Positions 56,478-64,000 of a stretch of 64,000 nucleotides of DNA are shown piece by piece. A program made the position numbers and the translations under genes. Source of the DNA: Laetmonice hystrix (taxonomy: Eukaryota); the NCBI GenBank assembly GCA_965235115.1, contig OZ249439.1:1550001-1614000 (forward strand). Reading direction: 5' to 3'. The stretch's first letter is position 1, and each line of letters starts with the position of its first letter. Below the pieces are notes generated by a model, which was not told where the DNA came from, made no database searches, and saw only the letters and a program-made list of their open reading frames with translations.

Positions 56478-56492
56478 GTTGCCTACAGTAAC
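56478..56492. promoter_or_regulatory. RFX X-box consensus match
   Basis: GTTGCCTACAGTAAC fits GTNRCC(N0-3)RGYAAC. It lies between the divergent SPATA18 start and the SxIP gene. This is a motif match only. Confidence 0.4.
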
Positions 56493-56959
56493 CTCAGTAA
56501 CATAGATCTATGTTTATTTCACTCGAACCAAACAAACCGCGGGGGTGACCGCCATCGGCGACTGTCCACAAGTAAATTGACAAAACATTAGTGTGTTTAA
56601 AGGGTAAGTTGATTGGTGATTGACCTGTTGGTTCCTCACAAACAAAAACCTGTTTTTGTTTGTGAGGTTTCCCCCGAATGTTGTAACAGCCGTCTGAGGG
56701 TTGAGTAAAAGGGTACACCTGGCCACCTGAGGAGGGGTATCCATGATATCAGTTGGCCTGGCTGAATTTGAGTCACCCGTAATATATAGAGGTCCACAAT
56801 ATCTAAATAACGGGCACTAGATATGCCTACATGCCTCTGCCCTGGAATCTGGAGCTTGAAATCCAAAATTGGGGAATTGTCCCGGGAAAACTCTACCTAT
56901 TATAGACTAATGTCCCCCAGAGGGTCCCAAATGTACGTTTTCCGTCCGGTCCTTGTCAG

Positions 56960-58328
56960 GCCGGACCATTCACAGATCATCTCCAATGAAGGCGGCCTGG
57001 CCTGGTACTGTCGGTCCGTCTGGAGGGGCGGCTCAGGGCAGCGGTCCGTCAGTGGTAGGGGCAGGTCCGTCAGCAGGGACCGAACCATCAGCCTGGCTGC
57101 CGGAAAGCTACAATCGACTTAAGGACAGAGTGAGGTAAGTCTGCAATGTCGGGAGGCTTGGACCCGGCTTGGTGTCGAGACGGGGACCCGGCTTGGTGTC
57201 TGGAGAGGGGAATGCACATTGTCAGTAAAATTTTAACATAACGAGACAACCAGCAAAGAGTCAGTTGGACGCCATAATGATCATGCAGCGTTCTCCATCG
57301 ATTCTCTCTGTTTACAAAGCAACGGCTTGGTGGTTTCTGCCTTTCGATTTCTTTAAAAGAAATTGCTCAATAATTCATCAAGATTATACCAATGCCTGCT
57401 ACTAATTGCGGGTCCCTAATTCTGCAGAACGATGGAGGGGGCACGCCTGTCCTATCTGAACCAGCAAGTTGCATCCATTAAAGCGCTGGTTCAGGAAGGC
57501 AAATCGGCCGGTCACCTCCTTCCGGACATGGTGCGATACCTGAGAGACCTCAGGGCGGGAGGTGCCCTGGTCAGAGATCCGACGAGTAGGCCTACCACCA
57601 ACATGATGTCGGATCCGAGACAACCCCCGTCACCGGTACAGACAGAGCGGCCGAGGTCGATGGCCCGCCCCCGGACTGCCCCGCCCCGCTGCGGTATCCC
57701 GGTCCCTCGGCACCCAGCAGGGGACAGTGGCTGGAAGCGCCCGGTACACGCGCCCAACAATCCCACAGTCTGTAAACCAAGGCCTAAGAACAAGTCGAAG
57801 ATTCCACGTCCCACACGCCTCCCCCAATCCCGCGCAAACAGAGGTCGATCGTCACACGTGACCGTGCAAACAGCCAATCGCGTCCATGGTATATCCAGAC
57901 CTGCGCACGCACCCCATCAAACATCGCCAGCCCCAATCGTGGCCGGATCGCTGACTGAAACTAAACAGTTCCTAGACAAACTGCAACATAAATATGGAAA
58001 CTCCAAAACGGCGGACGATTTGGCAAGAGGCCTACAGGACAATGAATGCACGAACAACCCCAAATCGGACTCCTTATCACAAACCAAGGGGAAAGGTTCA
58101 TCACGTGCGGGTTTGCTGGCCACATCAAAGTTGGTTTTAACCGGAAGACCATCTAGAATCCCTGTCCGCGTTTCTCTGACCTCTGACCCGCCAGGAAAAG
58201 GTACCCGTCAGGGAAAGGTCAAGGAGATCAAAAAGTCGGTTTCAAATTGCACCAAATCTGCATCTTCACGTGTGATGGGTTCCCGCATTCCCATCAGGAA
58301 ATGTGTCTCTTTCCTTGCCGTTTCGTAG
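56960..58328 (+). CDS. Unrecognised basic, Pro/Ser/Arg-rich protein with a short predicted helical segment and multiple SxIP motifs; 5' end uncertain
   Basis: Exon 56960-57134 (cag|GC...GTGAG|gtaagt) splices in frame to exon 57428-58328, a 298-codon ORF. A possible start is ATG 56986, or an unlocated upstream exon. Confidence 0.65.
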
Positions 58329-59484
58329 TTCTCTCTGGCTTATACATGTATGTAGATCTATAGATTGACTCATCAAAATGTTTATAAACAAAAGAAACTG
58401 AACCACTATACAATAAAACGCTACAAAATGAAATTTTATAAAATGTACTCGAATTAACATTTGTTAACATTAATAAAATAATGCAATCTAAGAATGCATC
58501 AGACGTCATTTATTTGCAAAGTTAGCTTCCTCTTTATATAGCTCTTATTACGCAACTTATTTAAGGCACTAAATCCAAGAGGGGATCTTCCCGTTTATGA
58601 ATTGTACGATATTATTGGTTGAGTATACGAACTGCATACGGACGTTTTTATAAAAAGGGAAGGGCTGGGTCGGGGCAAAAATACAACACTTAAGTATTGG
58701 GTGAATGTACATTTAATGCGAGAACAATATTATCACAAGACAATATCATACAGTGGCAAGTCGAGACGGCCCCCTAGTGGCGCCTCAACACACCAGTAAC
58801 ACCTACTAACGTACCAAATCAAATTCCTCCCATTCGTCTCTAGCCACGTCACGTCATTCGCCAAACATGATCGCAACAAGGTCACGTGACTACTTGTGTT
58901 TTGTCGAGGTTTTACATCATACTCGTTCGGTTCCTAAACGTAATCGATAATTATCGCACTGCGATTTGCTCCCACGCTTGCCACCCAGATACACCAGTGG
59001 TGCCGCCGCCTAGCGTCAGCTTCGTGAATTATGGCTCGAGATTTTGTCAACAGAGGGCGTGTCAGGTGGTGTTTGCTCATTTTGTTTGACGTTTAACATA
59101 GGAGGGACAGTTGCCCCTTAACAAGGAACCACGGGGCAAAGAAAATCCACTTCACATACAATCACAATTGTACCAATTTAATATTCTACCTGTCATTTAC
59201 ATTCACGACATTTCCTCATAATATATACCGCTACATTTAACAGTAGATTTCTTTGATTTAGGAAATTCCATACGCTGCACTGCATTTGCGTCTTTTCCCC
59301 CATACAATGACCTTTCATGACTCTATACAGAGATTACATCGGTCAGGTCCGCGCCCTTTGTACCAACATCAGGTGGACTGTTTGAGTGACGGCCAAACGT
59401 CAGCCTTGTTATCAGGGTCACATATCAATATCAGTTGGTGTCATGTGACAAGATATTGTCAGATTTGATGTTAGTTGAAACCAG

Positions 59485-59634
59485 GGCCCGATTTTTCAAA
59501 AATTCCCAACTTGAGTAAAGCTTACTAACAGGCCTCTGATTGGTTGGTCTGCTTAGCCCTTCTAATCAGAAGCCTGTTAGTTTACATAAAAAGTAAACTT
59601 TACTTAAGTATGAGAATTTTTGAAAAACTGGACC
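59485..59634. mobile_element. 150-bp MITE
   Basis: ggcccgatttttcaaaaattc versus gaatttttgaaaaactggacc, plus an inner inverted pair taacaggcctctgatt / aatcagaagcctgtta. Confidence 0.75.
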
Positions 59635-61002
59635 GTGTTGTTCTGACACGGTGAGGTTGGGGGTGGAGGTTGAACGACGGTGAACACTCAGCCGGTGTGG
59701 GCTGTAGTACACTGACCGTAGACCAGGACTTTGACACAGACACGCTGCGTTCACATCTACCTACATTGTGCTCCTACCAATAGTTGCTGTACGCAGAACA
59801 TTAACCAAGGAAACCAGCATAATGAATACCACATCCGCTGCGGCCAAGGGAACACAATTTGGCTGGGTTTCCTGTTACTTTTCAAAGTTTGGTTCTCTCA
59901 AGTTTTTTTCCCCTAAATCCATCTATACACATTTATTACTAAGATATATTCTACACCAATGGATCTGGGACTGTATTTTTACATTGCAGTTCATTTAACA
60001 ATTTCTTACCACCTAGAATTAACTGAAACTGTACTTTGCTGCATGAGATGGGATAATCTGGAGACAATATGGAATTATCCACAGACTTGGTTTCTGCTTG
60101 GTTGGGGAGAGAGTGGGGTATAGCTTATCACGATAAACTCTGACCAGACAAAAAGATTTAAACAAAGGATTACCAGGAGGTGCAAGTACAGCCCATAATG
60201 TACACCAGTGTTATGTATCATATATATCCAGGACTGTCGCATCAGTTTGAGGGCGCACCATTTAAAGAAATCAAGTACACTTCATACAATATAATAATGC
60301 TCCATCATCACCGAGTTGGCTCTCAATGACACTGTCCTATACATTAGCTTCAGAACATAAATACATTAAAAACCAGTCCAAGACAACCAGTTTCCCAAGT
60401 GACACATCGGGGCATGATACATAAACTATCCGTCAGGTGGTTAAACTATTTGACCCATCATTGCAAGTTCATTATCCTGCATAAACGGAATGTTGAAAAG
60501 ATGTGACATAGTCTCCGTAACTAGTTTTAAGCTTGTTCGGGTAATATATCAATTCATTAATCTCTGTGCTCATTTCTGCCATTCATGATAATCCGCTCCC
60601 GAGATGTCGCCAGCATCGATGGAGGTCACCAACTTTGTAAGCCCTCTTTATACAGTATTCTAGTTCTAAATAACGGCTATTTACACAGGTTTTGTCTCAT
60701 TGTTTGAAGGTTGTCTTTATCTTTCCCTCTATTAAATGTCACTCTTATCCAAACTTGTGCATGCTGGTGGTTGAGAACTATTGTTGTCTACTATTGTAAG
60801 TTTCCTGCATATATTTTTACAAATGTGGAGGGCATATTTCTGACAGATTTAGCTTTGTACCTTGACTGCCAGTTTGTACACCCAGCAGACTACGCTCAAT
60901 CCAAAAGACCTTAATGTGTTGTTCAAATTTGTGACTGTCACTGTTACTATCTCGAGTTGTCCCAGTTTACTCTTGGAAGCAGCAGTCGGCCCTGCTCAAC
61001 GT

Positions 61003-63978
61003 CTATTTTGTTGACAAGATGAGAGCCACAATGAGTCCGTAGAGACCCAACACTTCAGCAAAGATGAGGATGAGGATCATGCCGACAAATAGGCGAGGTT
61101 GCTGAGCGGTTCCTCTAACACCAGCATCCCCAACAATTCCAATAGCGTAACCTGCAGCTAGACCACTCAGACCCACACTGAGGCCGGCTCCAAGATGAAC
61201 GAAGCTCCTGCAATGATAAAAGAAAATTAGCATTCAGATTGCTATCTTGAATTGTGACTTTCTGCAGCGGTTTAACACAGGAATAAAATAATAAGGGGGA
61301 AAGCTATTTTGGCACAAAATAATGCCTTTTAGGAAGAGAAAAATGAGATTATGGTAAAAAAAAACACGTCACAGATGCATCTATATTCCGTTATCATTCC
61401 TTCAGGTTTAGACACTGATGTTTTGTACTGGTCCCTCAGAATCAGTTTTAATCACAATGCACCTGCATGTTACACAAACAACCCCTATCTGCCAGTCAAT
61501 ATATACTACTAGAATAGGACAATGTCACATCATATTGCAGCCATTCAACCTGCTTGTCCTGGGATATACAAGTGTTATTTTACATGTAAGCCTGCCTCTC
61601 CTAGTTCGTTTATCTGCACCATAACCAGACGGCATCCAGAAAAGATCTTCTAGGGCTTAACTAAACTAGTTTCATCATGTCTTGTCCCATTATTCAGAAA
61701 TGTTTCATGCATCATGTAATATTAATAATTATAACATTATTTAATAGCTCCTTTAGCCGAGTCTCCCATTGTGCTCCAAATATAATTTTGCATCTTTTCG
61801 AGGGACTACCTAGTTTACATTATGAAAAAAAATTGCAGAGATTGTCAAAATTTGTCAAAAATTGTCCAAATTTGAGCCAGTTTGTAAGGCTTGACGGCCT
61901 GTCATACTCACTTGTACAAGGTGTATCCTGTAGCACTAATGTTATTTGCGATGAGTACTGCTACAACCAAACCATAGATTGCTATGATACCAGCCATGAC
62001 CACGGGGATGATAGACTTCATGATGAGTTCAGGCCTCATTACAGACATGGCTGCAATGCCTGTACCAGACTTTGCCGTGCCATATGCTGCTCCCAAAGCT
62101 GTAAATAGATTAACAATTAACAGTCAAACTATGTTTGTAACCAGGGTGCCCACTTTTATGCTGACAAAATTCCAGGATTTTTCAAAGTATTTCAGTAAGT
62201 ATTACAATGCTTCATTACTCTTAGCTTCAAATACTACCATGTACACTACTCAAAAGTTGAACGGTTCAACTTAAACTTTCCCTTCTGGCCACACCACCCT
62301 TTCAGCCTAACAACCTTTCAATCCGAATTATTAATAACCAATGGTTTCCTAAATAATATTTCAAAATACTTAAAAAATACTATTTTTAATGATTCAATAT
62401 TATGAGGTGCTAAGCTGCCATAACTGTCATTTTTCCAGGATTGCTAATTTTTCCAGGTCTTTTAAGGGTGGTGTGAACCCTGGTAACTATGGAAATCCTA
62501 GAAATACTTATGGCAAGCATTGTTTTAATACACATATATCAGCATCATGTTACCATCTCTTTGATAGTCGTGTCACCCGTATTAGACAATCATGAGCTGT
62601 TAGCTTAGTTATGTAATGTCACTAATGGCCAATCTGTCACAAAATCTATTATAGATGTCGTTAACAACACAGGGTTCAAAACACAACTTTCCATTAAAGC
62701 AAACACCATTTCACAAGATTGAGCTATAGGTTTAAGGCCGATTTATAGTCTGTCGGCCGACCATCGCTGAACGTTTATAGTCTAGCGATCCGGCCTTTGA
62801 CCGACCGATCGCTGGGATTTAAGTCTGCGTGAACTTTGACCTGACGTCGAGTGATGGTCGGCCCATGGACTATAAACCGGCCTTTAGTCGATTAATTTAC
62901 TACATGTTGCAACTGATAATGTCCATAGACCTTAATTGACAAGCCAGTCGGATGGTCCAGTGTACATGCATATGTTGGTACATACATGTATATGTTTGTA
63001 TTGTAGGCTGTTTGTCTATTTGGTGACAAATTGGTGTTGTATTACCCGTACCATTAATTCACAACTTGTATAATACATGGCCAAATGTATTCCTCCAGTA
63101 TAAATAAAAGACATAAAAAAAACTATCTCTCATTTCAATGACTTCAAAATGTAGATATGGCCTTAGACTACATAAATCAATAAATTAAAACCTAGTCAGA
63201 AATGGAGAAATCTAGGCCTAATTAAATTCAACATTCCAGTTGCCTGTTGTTTCTATGAAGCGATCCCCTACCCATTTGAGTAGACAAACCATTCATATAT
63301 CAGGAAGTTTACACCTTGGTAGGTGAGAGCCATCACAGTCACACTGGTCATGTGATGAAGGCACTGAAGCCCATCGGCATCGCATCTCATGACAATGACA
63401 AGTCTTTGGCGGTCAATAAAACAAAAAGTTCGCCAGATAAAACCCATAAAACGAGTTTGATATAAACCTGCAGCCACGACTGTGTACTAAACAGTCTACA
63501 GATCAGTATATCAACCAAACAAAGCATCCTTGACTTTGACAGCCCCATTTGATGCGGTGAAATGGCAGCCATGATTGGGCCCAACCCTCTCCCCTGGCCT
63601 CGGTCGCTTGGACCGATTTTCAGCCATCTTCTACCCGGCTTCCAACGATCACAATCATTTCGGAAGTTTTTCAGCCGCCAAACTCCTGTAAATCTGTGAA
63701 AGAGTTCTTCTTCCAATCGACAGGCATAAAGTGGTGAATAAATAATTAGCGGGGCGCGGCACCGGTGTACATGATCGAGGGAGAGTGTGGAGCCCGATTT
63801 GCTGTTCTTGGTCGGGTCGGCCGATTCGTCACAGCAGCAAGCCACCGACTGACCGAGGAAGCACTCGCTTGGGAAAAATCTGGCACTCAAAATATATATA
63901 CTCACCGCTGAAAACCATTGCGGAGGAAGCACCGATGACACCGAAAAATGGTGTGTAGGGTGGAATTTCATCTCCCAT
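61003..63978 (-). CDS. ATP6V0C: V-type ATPase 16-kDa proteolipid subunit c, 154 aa, 3 exons
   Basis: Exons 63978-63906 ([24 protein letters not shown]), 62098-61912 ([11 protein letters not shown]...[26 protein letters not shown]) and 61207-61003 (...[30 protein letters not shown]), 465 nt in total. The proton-binding Glu is present. Confidence 0.98.
62735..62883. mobile_element. 149-bp PIF/Harbinger-type MITE
   Basis: TIR aggccgatttatagtc / gactataaaccggcct (15 of 16 match), with TTA on both sides (62732-62734, 62884-62886). Confidence 0.82.
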
Positions 63979-64000
63979 TTTGACGTGTGTATTTTTGACG

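Noticed and set aside
63387-63971. 194-aa minus-strand ORF
   Set aside because: It overlaps ATP6V0C exon 1 in another frame and runs into intron 1, with no recognisable domain.

Overview
This is genomic DNA from a eukaryote, most likely a marine invertebrate; the taxon cannot be fixed from sequence alone. It is intron-rich and has one 248-N gap. I assembled the gene models by hand from splice signals and reading-frame phase. In order they are: first exon of a probable mitochondrial protein (-, ATG 2989); a 6-exon, 1272-aa protein with an N-terminal Scm3/HJURP-like CENP-A chaperone motif, large Ser-Pro repeat arrays and a C-terminal Cys-rich motif (+, 3371-9681); PAN3 (+, 15 exons); phosphoglycerate kinase (+, 12 exons); intronless TIMM8 (-); a CNBD2-like double cyclic-nucleotide-binding protein (+, 9 exons); SPATA18/MIEAP (-, 10 exons); an unrecognised basic protein with several SxIP motifs (+); and ATP6V0C (-, 3 exons). 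Introns and intergenic DNA carry many MITEs and minisatellites. The main leads are: (1) the Scm3/HJURP-like gene, whose diagnostic domain is split over three small exons that the ORF track misses; (2) tandem repeats that start or end at splice sites and multiply them, most clearly four copies of a PGK acceptor plus 27 nt of exon; (3) an excess of TA-flanked palindromic octamers resembling transposon excision footprints; (4) the orphan SxIP protein; (5) an alternative PAN3 donor that creates a TGATG stop/start overlap. All counts and alignments were done by eye.
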